Source: Octopus sinensis
Lineage: Eukaryota
Direction: 5' to 3'
NCBI RefSeq assembly: GCF_006345805.1
Contig: NC_043007.1
Span: 40,176,001-40,240,000 of the forward strand
DNA: 64,000 nucleotides
The translations under genes and the position numbers were made by a program. Under the pieces are notes generated by a model that was not told the DNA's origin, searched no databases, and was given only the letters and a program-made list of their open reading frames with translations. Shown one piece after another: positions 51,501-64,000 of this stretch; the stretch's first letter is position 1, and each line of letters begins with the position of its first letter.

Positions 51501-54320
51501 TATAAAACATTAGTGAACATGTTTGTCTTTGTGGATGAAACAAAAAACAAAAGTAACAAGAAAAACCAAAACAAAATTAATTAATAAATAAAAGGAAATA
51601 ACATAACATAAACAAATTCAATTCAAAAGCAAACAAAAGAAAAATAAACAAATCAAACAATGTTTAAAGTTGAAAACAAAAAATAACCACTGTAATACAT
51701 CATGCATTGGATCATATAATGCTGTGCATAAAAATGAAGCTGCTACTGTAGACACTGAGGGACCAGGGGAGAAAAGAAACGGGTGCCCCACTCTGCAAAA
51801 GGGGCTAAGCCCTGATAGGTAAGGCAAATTGAATGAAGGGATGAAGAGATAATGTTTCATCTGGTATAGACTGCTTGTTACCTTCAGATGACATTCTCAG
51901 ATGTTTAGGTGTAGGTTACCCTCTTGTATTACTTGTAAAAGCAAAGCGAATCGAGGGACATGTAAAAATTATGTGTACTGCTCCACAACTGAATTTGAAC
52001 CAGGTGTCTCTCAGCTGGTATCAGTCTTGTACTCTGTTTGTTTCTCTGTTTTTTTTTTTGCCTCCAGTTTTGAGTGATCAGACAAATAAGTAAACTGAGG
52101 ATATGCAAGTACAAAGGATCGTTATCATCGTCACCATCGTCAAAAAGGTTTTATCATTTCTATTGCTCTTCCTGTTTAACCTCAAGCCAGCTCTGATCAA
52201 GCAAACACATGATCAATGGCATTCTTAACCATGACCAGCCCATCTTTTGTTTAGGGTGGTGGTGGTGCCACGTTGACAGCAGTGGTGGTGAAGGTATAAG
52301 CTGTTAGCTAAGACATTAATGTGAAGGAAATTTGACAGGGAGATTTTCAATCATTATTTCCAGCAGGTCAAGCACTGACTTAGAGCTTTGTATGCCAGTT
52401 GTCTTATACTACCATGTAGCTATGGGTTGGGTAGGATTACCAAACTGCAGACAGACTCTTCCCAGCCTTTCATTACATGCCATTGTCCTGAGACCAGGAC
52501 TCACCACCTTTCCATATCCATCTCAATGCAATAATTATTTTCAATGGTCTTATCTATATGTTATAGCATATGTTGTTGATGATGATGATGTTTAGCCCCA
52601 GGTCAACCCTAATCAAGTTGATGTACATTCAAATATAGTCCAACCATAACCGTCTCACCTCTTTTTCCCAGATGCAATGTATCTGTCTTAGTCACTATTG
52701 ATGTTCTTGTTTAGCCTCCAAGATCAATCAATATAGAAGTGTGAGCATGCAGGAAACGAGGGTCGTACAGAATTACACAGTGAACAATTTGGTGATTGGA
52801 TGAGGCAAAAATATGGTGAAGATACATTATATTTAATCCTTTGGCATTTCAACTAGTTATATCCAGCTCAGATATTTTATTTGTTTTGCTTTTAAATTGG
52901 CCAGATTCAACCTCTCACAGCTACCCTACAATGTCATTCTAAAAATAACCAATCACATCATCAAGAGCTCAGAGCTATGAGATAACAAATGGTTAATTCA
53001 AAACAACATGAGTAAATAAGCATTACATATGACAGAATGATTTGAATGCTAAATGGTTAGGGAAAGAGACAGCCAATTTGACTATGGAACAGGCTAGCCA
53101 AAACCCATGCAGTGCTCTAAACAAGCAAACCTAAGGAGAATGGCATTCCAACCATGACCATCCCAACTTTTCAGATGCAATACGCCTAGCAGTTCATTAT
53201 CCATTATGAAGGATGTAATTTGTCTGTTTACTAAAGTAAGTTAACTAATCACACAAGAAAATTGGCGTTAAATTCTGACCAAGTAGACTAATGATCAAAA
53301 GTAAAAGACCATCACCTGACCTTTTATTCTGGCATGGTGTAGCTTGAACTACACTATCCAGTGTATCCCTCCATTTGAAAGAAGAGTGTGATTTGAGGAA
53401 GATTTAACCACTATTTCTGCTGATCAAGCTGTCCTTACCCCTTATTGGCAAAGTTACCCTGACATTAGGGTAGTAAAGTTGGGTATCGAAACTGACCATT
53501 GCAACAAACAAAATGGTAACACAAGTGTTGGTGGTGATGGTTACTCCCATGTCAGCTCCTGAGAAGAACTTCAATAGAATGCATTCCATATGTGACCATC
53601 CAGTCTCTTTTTGTACATCTAAGATTACACTATCCAGGGTATCCTATCCTTTGCTAAGACAGCAGTGTACTAGTGCAGGGAATTTGGTTGCTGTTTCTAG
53701 CAGCTCAAGCGACTACATAAAATTTCTCTTATCAGCTCAAGAGGTGATGGAGGAGGTTATGAATGGAGAAGATCACAGAGATTTGAAACTAAGCTAAGTA
53801 TGATGGTTGTAATAATGGTGTCTAGTAGTAGTAGTGATAGTGCTGGCAGTAGTTGTGGTGGTGAGGGTGGTGCTGAAGTTGGTGAACTCATGTAGTGTGG
53901 TGTGTTTCATGTCTTTTAGTGAAGCATTCTTGTCATCTTGGTTAATATCTTGTAGTAGTAGTAGTAACAGTGGTGGTAGTAGTAGTAGCAGCAGCAGTAT
54001 AGGTCCATATTATTTATTGAGGCATTCATGAAACCTGGTCTAACATCTTTGGGCAGTAGTAGTAATAGTAGTAGTAGTAGTAATCAAGATGGTGGGGAAG
54101 CAGTTACAGGTTCTCACCAATTATTTTTAGGGGGTGGAGCAAAGCATTTACGTAATTACAAAAGTAGTAGTAGTGGTGGTAGTGTCAGCAGTAGCAGCAG
54201 CAGTAGCAAATATTGTGGTGGTAGTGGTGGTGGTGTGGTGGTGGTAGTGGTGGTGGTGGTGGTGGTGGTGGTGGTGGTGGTAGTGGTGGTGTGGATTCAT
54301 GCTGTTAGCTGAGACATTCA

Positions 54321-54380
54321 TGTAATCTCGGCTAGTAACTTGAGGCTATCTTATCCACTCGGAATTACTAACTGAGATTA
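54321..54380 (-). ncRNA. mir-216: second pre-miR-216 family hairpin; 5p TAATCTCAGTTAGTAATTCCGA at 54359-54380
   Basis: Same seed AATCTCA. Near-perfect pairing with 3p TCAAGTTACTAGCCGAGATTACA, GTG at the start of the loop and CNNC (CAGC) about 17 nt downstream. Confidence 0.85.
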
Positions 54381-56073
54381 CACAAAGATCAAAAAAAGGA
54401 TTATAAACACACACACGCACATTAAAAAAAAAAAAAAGACCAATACATAAACATACATGTTATTATTTACATTATATATAGACATAAATATATATGCACA
54501 CACAAGCTCGGATTAACCAATAAGTAAAATAAGCACATGCTTTATGCAACAACGGGAGGGAGCACCACAGAAGTTTTTCCAGTGCCGGGCGTACCATAGT
54601 GAAAAATGAGATGGCTGAAATGGGGTCTTGTGGAATGTGTTGAAAAATTTGCATTTTTTTTTTTGTTTTTTTTTTAACTGTAGCCATAGCTACAAAGTAA
54701 AATAATTAACTTATGATGATTGTTGATGATTTTGGTGAAATGAGCAAAACTGAAAAAAAAAAAAAACAGTGAGTGTGTGTGTGTGTACGGGGGTGATGTG
54801 AGATGATGAATTGGAGGAATGGGTGGAGACAAAACTGAAATTTTGATATCTATTATTTTACATAGAATAATTAATGTATGTTAATTACCAGCCAATTAGA
54901 CAATGGAAGTGTTCAAGAGAAGTAATTGTGCTATGATTAGAACAAAAGACAGCTTTAATCTGGCCAACCTCCTGCACCCCTCCATGTATGTGTGTGTGAG
55001 TGTATATATATATGTATATATATACATACATATATATGTGCATACATATATATATACACACACACACACACATACATCGTCATCATCATCGTCATGAATT
55101 AATGTTCACTTTTCCATGCCAACATGAATGAGACAGAATTTGTTAAGGCAGATTATTTTCTACAGCTGGATGCCCTTCTTGTCACCAACCTTCATTAGAT
55201 TTCTCCATGACAAGACAATTTTCATAGAAGATTGGAAATAAACACCCCTTGTATGATGGTGATGCTTATTTACAACTATCACATAATGTCAAGGGTATAT
55301 ATACACACACACACACACGGTGGGATTCTTTCAATTTCCATTTACAAATCCACTGAAAATGGCTTTGGTGAGCCTATGGTTAAAGCAAAGGCACTTGTGT
55401 AAGGTGGTGTGGAATGGAACCATATGGGCAGGGAAGCAAGCTTTTTAACCACATAGCCATATATAATCATCATCATCATCATCATCATCATTTAATGTCC
55501 ACCTTCCATGCTGGCATGTATACACACACACATATACATACAGGTAAACACACACATATATATATATATATATATACATACATACATACACATACACACA
55601 AACATATAGTGTGTGCACAGGTACAAGCAGTTAGAGAAAAGGTAGCCATAGTGAATGTTGTCAGTTAACTGTTTCTACAGTGATATCAGCAACAACAACA
55701 TCAGCAGCAGATGGCAACTGTAATGTGCAGTATAATGCAGAACGACACACGTTTGGTATTTTGGGTTGCATTGCTAAGAAACAGTCACTGCTGACTGTTC
55801 TGAGTTGGTGCAGTAACAGTGCATGTTGCTGAAGCATTTTGGGTGCCAGCGATATCTGAGGTGAACAAAACTTGTAAATGTTTTGTTTGTACGCAAATGA
55901 TTGTTAATGTTGCGAAAGACTGCAAGAGGTGAAGACTTTGATCAATGCTTATCCTTCGTTACAGTTAGCAATGACAGTAAAACCGTAAAGTAATCAGTAT
56001 TAAAGAGGAATGCCATTGGAATGTGAGTGCCATTCAAGACAAGAAATGAATGATTGTGGCTAAAAGTCAATAA

Positions 56074-56465
56074 TCTCTCTCTATATAAAGCTGAAGTTGT
56101 CTGTGTGTGGTAGGTTTGGTAGCTTTCAACTAACACTACCTCCTCCGAGACCCTGCGGCGCAAGTTGACCAGAATTGAGAGTATGATAGAAGAAGGCTTG
56201 GTCTTCCTTCCGTAGAAGAAAAAATTCAAATCGGACCATGTTAACACCAAAAATTATTTACATCAAAAAGGTGCTTTTTTTCTATGAAAATCCCTATTTT
56301 TTACGATATTTTGACTGCTGTGTCGCCATTTTTCGGTGTATTTCAACCAGAAAAATGTTCACTTAAAGAGAATAACAAGCTACATAATGCAAAATTTTTA
56401 CTTTTCAAAAATTCCAATTCTAAAGGGTTGAAACAAACCCGAGCAACGCCGGGTGAAACTGCTAA
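56074..56465 (+). mobile_element. non-autonomous Helitron, family 2
   Basis: TC start, CCCGAGCAACGCCGGG hairpin, CTAA end. Closely similar to 61832-62223. Confidence 0.78.
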
Positions 56466-56782
56466 TAAACAATAAATTTAAAAAGAAAAAAGAAAAACAC
56501 AAGAAATGACTACGATGAACATGACATAATCCATTGTGGGATACCCTTAACATAAATAGTGAAACTTTTTTTTTGGTGGAAGGGTGGAAGTTAAATCAAA
56601 CCAGGTAAATAATATTAGGATATTAGGAATTATATGCACTGCTTTGAGCCAGTGAAGAACAGCAGTGCTTCTATATGAGGTGCAAACTGTAATTATTGTT
56701 TACCAGGTAAGATTTCATATGTATATCATTCTACTTAAGTACCTAGTTGTTAAGTGCCTTCTTTTGTGGCGCTCCCTTCATT

Positions 56783-56995
56783 ACTCTTTACTCTTTTTAC
56801 TCTTTTATTTGTTTCAGTCATTTGACTGTGGCCATGCTGGAGCACCGCCTTTAGTCGAGCAACTCGACCCCGGGACTTATTCTTTGTAAGCCTAGTACTT
56901 ATTCTATTGGTCTCTTTTGCCGAACCGCTAAGTGGTGGGGACATAAACACACCAGCATCGGTTGTCAAGCAATGCTAGGGGGTCAAACACACACG

Positions 56996-57047
<52 letters not shown>

Positions 57048-57220
57048 CCTATATACGACAGGTTTCTTTCAATTTACGTCTACCAAATCCACTCACAAGG
57101 CTTTGGTCGGCCTGAGGCTATAGTAGAAGACACTTGCCCAAGGTGCCACGCAGTGGGACTGAACCCGGAACCATGTGGTTGGTTAGCAAGCTACTTACCA
57201 CACAGCCACTCCTGCGCCTA
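56783..57220 (-). mobile_element. SINE family A copy
   Basis: Full reverse-complement match. Confidence 0.88.
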
Positions 57221-58802
57221 TATTGCAAGCATTTAGACTGTATCTCTGGTTCCCCTTTCATCCAAAATCATCCAACAGATCTGACAAGCTTAGGACACTA
57301 CTCGAGGTCATTAACCCTGTTCTTTCTCCATTGACTGATATTCATAAAATCTTACCCAAGCACACTGTTCCACATCATTCAGGATGGGTATCAATTACAT
57401 TCAACCTCATCAAGATCAACTTTGTCTTTCTCTTTTCCACTGGTCACACCATTTACCACATTTCTCCTCAATACACAATTGAACCAATTCTACCCAATAG
57501 CTCTGTCCATCCCTCACTCTCCAACCATATGCATCTTTAAACCACCCTTTCTCTAATTCTAGTTTCCACATTCTCTTCAATTCATCTTCTTGGACAAGTT
57601 CTCCTTCAGAGTACATTCCAGCACTTTGTCACCACTATATTAACCTTTCTTTCAGGCACAACTCCAACCATATAAAATCTAAGGTAGCCATGACTATCAC
57701 CCACAAAAATAAACCAGTTCTTCCTCCTCCCATCATACTCCAGCTTCTTAATACCTTGATTAAATCAAGCACTCTGTTTCCCATACAACCCTACAGTCTT
57801 CGGGGTTCTTTGACTTGCAGATTACAAAGCAACCTTACTAGGGGTTGTGCCATGTGAAAAAAACAAAAACAAAGAAAAACACACTCGGTACACTATGTAA
57901 AGTAGTTAGCATCAGGAAGGGCGTTTAGATATAGAAATCATGCCAAAACTGAAACAGTGGAGCAGAACGTGGTCATCTGACCTGGTGGATCCTGTCAAAA
58001 TGTTCATCCCATACCTGCCTGAGCTGGTACCACGTGAAAAGCACTCAGTTCATTCTGCTGGGTGGTTGGTGTAAGGAACGGCATCCAGCTATAAAAAACC
58101 GTGCCAAAACAGAAACAGAAATCTGGTGCAGTCTTCTGCTTGGCCAGCTCTTGTCAAACAGTCTAAACCATGCCAGCACAGAAGGTCGACATTAAACAAT
58201 GATGATGATGATGCCCACACGGAAAAAAAAGATGGACTTTAAAATGATGATGATGATGAAGATGCTGTGTTTATATACATACATACATATATATGTATGT
58301 ATATATTTATGGTAGGATATCTGTCATGTTTATGGATGTGGGTTTACAGATGTGTCCCATAAGCAGCCATTTACATTTCCCATCCAATATATTAAATGCT
58401 ATTATTTATAGTTTTATCTGTTTTGAGTTTCACTATTCCAAAAACCAATTTTTGTTTCCCATTCTCTGAAAATTTCTAAATTCTCTACATATCAACGATA
58501 CACACACACACACACATACACACACATGCATATGTGAGCATATGCATATGTATGAATGTGTGGCTCACTTATGTAAACACCCAGAAACTGAACACAAAAG
58601 TAAAAAAAAAATTATAAAAAAAAAACAAAAATGCAAACATAAATGAAAATAACCAAGTAAAAGAACAAAATAAAAATTAAGACAATGAAAAAAAAAACAA
58701 TGTAATAAAAGAACATGCAACAAAGAAAACTGAAAAAAAAACAAACAAAATCTGTGATTTGAGGATATTGATGAGCGTTGAGATGTTTTGGCAAGGTGAT
58801 AG

Positions 58803-58862
58803 TTCAACCACAGCAAGTAACGGTGAGAGATTGAACCACTCATATATTACCAGCTGAGATTA
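58803..58862 (-). ncRNA. mir-216: pre-miR-216 family (216a/miR-304-type seed); 5p TAATCTCAGCTGGTAATATATG at 58841-58862
   Basis: The first 17 nt match the miR-216a consensus TAATCTCAGCTGGTAAT. It pairs with 3p TCACCGTTACTTGCTGTGGTTGA, has a basal AGGTG/CACCT helix and a CNNC motif (CATC) about 18 nt downstream. Confidence 0.88.
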
Positions 58863-59002
58863 CACAAGCACCTGTCAATCAAAGAGTGGTTTGGTCACCA
58901 CATCTAGTTATTAAATCAGGTAAATACCAATGTACACACACAACCATGTATAAGTATAAAGTATATATAATAATTATGTGTGTGTATGTAAGAATGTATA
59001 TA

Positions 59003-59056
<54 letters not shown>

Positions 59057-59273
59057 TATGTAAAAATAGATACAGTGGGAGATAAGTAGTCAGATATGAA
59101 TAGATAGGTGAACTGAAAGAGAGAGAGAGACAGACAGACATTGATAGAGTGATAGATAGATTAGATAAACAAATAGACAGACAGACAGCTACTAAGATAC
59201 AAAGACAGAAAGACAAATAGTCAGACAGACGAACACCCAACTTTTCACCGCATGTATTGATATGAAGTTTTAA

Positions 59274-59720
59274 CCCTTTAGCATGTCAAATGTAGTGCTT
59301 ATTTATTCATGTTATTTGGAATTAATTATGCGTTATCTCATACCTTTGAGATTCCAGTGATATGGTAGTTCAATTTTAGAATGACATTGTAGGGAAGGTG
59401 TGAGAGGCCAAATATGGCTGTTTGAATATAAAACAGGCACAATGTTTGGGCTGGATATGACTGCTTTAAATGCCAAAGAGTTAAGAGATACTGTTAACCC
59501 TCTAGCATTCAGATGACACTGTCAAATGTAATGCTTGTTTAATCACATTCTTTTGAATTAATCACGCATTATCTTGTGGCATCGAGATTTCAATGATATG
59601 TGATCATTTTAAATTTTAGAATGACATTGTAGGGTAGGTGTAAGATGCTGGATCTGGCCTCTTTGAACATAAAACAGGTAGAATGTTTGGGTCTGATATG
59701 ACCAGTGTAAGTGTAAAAGG
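59274..59720. mobile_element. two adjacent piggyBac-type MITE copies (about 59274-59480 and 59498-59720)
   Basis: Each starts TTAA|CCCT(T/C)TAGCAT and shares the body TGTCAAATGTA(G/A)TGCTT...TTTTAGAATGACATTGTAGGG. The first ends GCCAAAGAG|TTAA. Confidence 0.7.
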
Positions 59721-60611
59721 TTTAGAGGGAGTGCGTGTGTATATACACACATAAAAAACACACACACAAACACACACATGCAGGCACAAAATATGCATAC
59801 TAATTATGATAATTAGAATGTGTCTAAAAATGCACACACATAGACAATATACCACGATCTAGAGCCTTTTTATACAAAGTGGTGGTAGGGTGTATATATG
59901 CGTATGTAACACTGAATAAATTTATGTATATGCATGCAAGTTATATAATATTAATGGGATTTTCTTTGATAATTTTCTTGGTGTCCATGCCAATTCTATG
60001 CATACATCTAGAACAATCTGAATTTAGCTCCAGTAGAGATAGTGATGAAACTAGAGGTGACTGAGAGGCTGCTGTTGTATTCCCACCTCCCAAAATAAAG
60101 AACACACACACACACACATATCCATATATCCCCATCCTGACTACATTTCAATGGCAAGACACAAGTAAATATACATGTCTGTATATATATGTATATGTAT
60201 GTATGCATGTGAATGAATACACACACTTATATGTATATATTCACACATCTGAAAACAAATATTAGGAAGTGCTTTGGTGGTCCCCATGCCTAAGCCATCA
60301 TACACACAGTTTGCCTCCACAAAAAAATAAATACATAGAATATTAATTTAGCTGATAAAAATGGATAGAAATGATGATGATGAGGTTGGTGATAGTAACG
60401 ATAATGAAAATCATCATTGTCATCAACATGACGATGATGATGATGATGATGACGATTGGTGATAATGATGACGTTGATGTATATTTTTTGCGAAAGATTT
60501 GCTTTTTCTTCCTTTAAAACGATCTGAAATGAAGATAATCAATATCAATTATGATTTAGAAATAGCTGATAATTAACGTGTGTGCATGTGTGTGTATGGT
60601 TTATATATATA

Positions 60612-60656
<45 letters not shown>

Positions 60657-60819
60657 AGACACACACACACATTAATTGTTTGTGTGTATACATATAGCAG
60701 TATATATAGATGCGTGTATGCACTCATGCATAATGCATAAATGCACATGCACACAAACAGATATACACATTCTCAAATAATAAACTTACGCATGCAATAT
60801 GTGCATGTAAATTCATTAT

Positions 60820-60875
60820 ACATGTGTACACACACATATACACACACAGACATATATATATATATACACATATAT

Positions 60876-60910
<35 letters not shown>

Positions 60911-60959
60911 GCTTTATATATATATATATACATCTATATATACATATATATATATATAT

Positions 60960-61008
<49 letters not shown>

Positions 61009-61320
61009 CATCTATATATACATATATATATATTATACATACATATATAAATACATATATATAAATAGATATATATATATTTATATATACATACATATAT
61101 ATATATATAGATATATATATATTTATATATACATACATATATACATATACATATATATTATACATACATATATATATACATACATATATACATATACATA
61201 TATATATTATATACATACATACATACATATATGTACATAAATATATATATACATACACACAAATATACATATATATATATATAACAAAAAATATATATAT
61301 ATCTATATATATAATGATAT
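60820..61320. repeat. about 500-bp compound (TA)n/(TACA)n microsatellite
   Basis: Direct reading. Confidence 0.95.
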
Positions 61321-61831
61321 GGAAAAAAACAATGCTCCCATCGTTCTATTTCTAATTAGCAACCAATATTAATTGGTGCCATGTAATCAACTCACATTGT
61401 ATTCAGAATAACTCATTACTACTATCAGTGAAACTGTTAGTGTGACGTACATGCTGTAACCAAGTAAAACCTCATCAATAAGAAGTAAATGGGTAAATAG
61501 ATAAATAAACATAACGAACGCAAGTTGGACGCAAATTAATGTTAGCTATTAGGCAAGACCGAGCCACTTTAAGACACTGAAGCATTCAGCAAGTAGTTTA
61601 AACCATGCGCATGATGCATTCTAAAGTATTCTGGTAAAGTGTTGAAAATTAATTTAAATAGAAAACTATAATGAAGGAATAAATTGGCAGATAGACAAAT
61701 AATTTAATATATTGTAAGAAGAAAAACAGTGTAAATTGATTTTTTAAAAATTATAATTGCTTTTGTCTTTGTGCATATATATATATGAATGTGTGTGTGT
61801 ATGCATGCATACATAAATATATGCATATAAA

Positions 61832-62223
61832 TCTTTATATATATAAAGCTGAAGTTGTCTGTGTATGGCAGGTTTGGTAGCCTTCAACTAACACTATCTC
61901 CTCCGAGACCCTGCGGCGCAAGTAAACCAAAATTGAGAGTATGATAGACGAAAGCTTGCTCTTCCTTCCGTAGAAGAAAAAATTCAAATTGGACCATGTT
62001 AACACCAAAAATTATTTACATCAAAAAGGTGCTTTTTTGCTATGAAAATCCCTATTTTTTATGATTTTTTTACTGCTGTGTCGCCATTTTTCGATGTATT
62101 TCAACCAGAAAAATGTTCACTTAAAGAGAATAACAAGCTACATAATGCAAAATTTTTACTTTTCAAAAATTCCAATTCTAAAGGGTCAAAACAAACCTGA
62201 GCAATACCGGGCGATACTGCTAG
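61832..62223 (+). mobile_element. non-autonomous Helitron, family 2
   Basis: A|TC start, subterminal hairpin, CTAG|T end. Confidence 0.8.
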
Positions 62224-63709
62224 TACATTATAGAGCTGCTTCAATTGTTTAACCTGAATTTATTCTAGTTAAGCAGCACCATAGCAAATAATATATGCAC
62301 TATTTCTATATACTTAAGACTAGAGACTTTGATTTCGTTTTGGAAGCGAGTTGAGGGCATGGTTTTGATAAGTTGCAAGTACAGGGATATACAGCATCTG
62401 AAACTTTCAATCACCCTCAATTTGATTTTGTTCTACCCAACTCAGAAGCACATTGTGTTTTTTTTAACACGTCTTTAAAGGGATATTTCCCAGACGAAAA
62501 ACACTGTAACTTCTGGTGTCATGTTAAGTATGTGGTATTGGTTATGTTTACACTATAGAGCTGCTACAATTCCATAATCTAAAGATATATATTCTTTTAC
62601 TCTTTTACTTGTTTCAGACATTTGACTGTGGTCATGCTGGAGCACTGCCTTGAGCTGAAGCACACACACACACAATATCAATATATGTGTGTGTGTGTGG
62701 ATATATAATTACCATAACTAGTTATATATGGATATTAATATTGTATGGTATATTTGAAATTGCTCAATTCCTCTTCCACTTTTCACTTAGACATTGCTGT
62801 AACTCAGAGAATATTAACAATACAAAGGTGAGGACATTGGGGATAGCTACTGAAACATTGAGAATGTCCAGTAAAATAGGGCATAGCTGCAAAATCAATA
62901 ATCATGCAGTTAAGGAAGGGGTCATCCCTAAGAACTAGCACAGCAGTACCATCATTACCTGCAACAAGGGTAAAAGAGATGTGCTAGAGAGAGAGAGAGA
63001 GAGAGAGAGAGACAAAGAGGCAACTACAAAAGCATCAAATTGACGGACCAAGTTATAGTAGGGACAAAGAGAGATAAAACAGAGCTAATTAGGAAAAGAA
63101 TTAGCTTAGATGAGATGCATTTCAGGTTGGTACAACTACAGAAGGTGGAGGCGTGCGTCTTAGTGGTTAGGGTATTGAACTCATGATCATAAGGTTGTGG
63201 TTTCGATTCCTGGACCGGGCGATGCGCTGTGTTCTTGAGCAAAACACTACATTTCACGCTGCTCCAGTCCACTCAGCTGATGAAAATGAGTAATCCTGCG
63301 ACGGACCGGCGTCCCGTCCAGGTGGGGAATTTCTATGCCACTGAAACCTGGAAACCGGCCCTTATGAGTCTGGCATGGCTCGAGAAGGAACATTTGTGGA
63401 GGTGCAATGGCCCAGTGGTTAGGGCAGCGGACTCGTGGTTGGAGGATAGCGGTTTCGATTCCGAGACCGGGCATTGTGTGTGTTTATTGAGCGAAAACAC
63501 CTAAAAGCTCCACAAGGCTCCAGCAGGGGGTGGTGGCAACCCCTGTTGTACTCTTTCACCACAACTTTCTCTAACTCTCTCTTCCTATTTCTTGAGTAAC
63601 GTTGCAATGGACTGGCGTCCCGTCCAGCTGGGGGAATACATACACCACAGAAACTGGGAAACCAGGCCCATGAGTCTGGATAGGCTTGAAAAGGACTACA
63701 AAGAAACAA

Positions 63710-64000
63710 AGAACTACAGAAGAGGTTTTTGGCAAAGCAAAAACAAGCCACTACGTCTATCACTCACTGGCCTGGGGAAAGCTTTAGACAGAGTCCCGTG
63801 TTCTGTACTCTGCTGGTCAGTAAACAAACTAGGTGAAGGCAAAAGGCTAGTGAGAGCCAAGCAATCCATGTACAAAGATAGTATTAGCAATATGAGAGTT
63901 AGTAAATTGTTTAGTGAGGAATTTAGTGTGTATGTAGTTAACCATCAAGGTTTCATTCTAGACCCCAGTCTTCTGTTTATTATATCGTCCAGGTCAAAAC
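63710..64000 (+). mobile_element. RTE-clade LINE reverse-transcriptase remnant
   Basis: Degenerate LGKALDRVP...LVRAKQSMYKDSISNMRV...SEEF...HQG.IL motif series. Confidence 0.75.

Noticed and set aside
56593-56715. AAATCTTACCTGGTAAAC (miR-216-like) with a distant pairing arm
   Set aside because: The arms are about 80 nt apart and pairing depends on the self-complementary ACCWGGT word. Not pre-miRNA geometry, and the seed differs.
58757-58919. Plus-strand exon-like segment ending CAG/GTAAAT
   Set aside because: Stops in all frames. The sequence constraint is explained by the antisense miR-216 hairpin.
1-64000. tRNA, rRNA, CRISPR or prokaryotic systems
   Set aside because: tRNA-like A/B boxes belong to SINE heads without a cloverleaf. 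No repeat-spacer array, operon or intact transposase/RT ORF is present.

Overview
AT-rich, microsatellite- and SINE-dense animal genomic DNA. The repeat families look like those of an octopus (inference, not checked). The one clearly supported protein gene is the 3' end of TRIP11/GMAP-210 on the minus strand: four coding exons at 29589-29670, 28055-28169, 21495-21596 and 16583-16933 join in phase and encode the GRAB domain and C-terminus. No further TRIP11 exon was found in the more than 34 kb upstream. That stretch instead carries, on the same strand, miR-12 and two miR-216-family hairpins, matching the miR-283/304/12 cluster known in an intron of Drosophila Gmap, plus at least one unassigned miRNA-like hairpin. 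The rest is tRNA-derived SINEs, RTE/R4/Penelope fragments, mariner/hAT/piggyBac/Helitron elements and simple repeats. Also seen: a 1.27-kb tandem duplication, a type I hammerhead-ribozyme-like motif at 13.6 kb and an orphan plus-strand exon candidate at 6.3 kb. Almost all listed ORFs are microsatellite or repeat artefacts. Repeat boundaries are approximate. All pairings were done by eye, with no folding software or database search.
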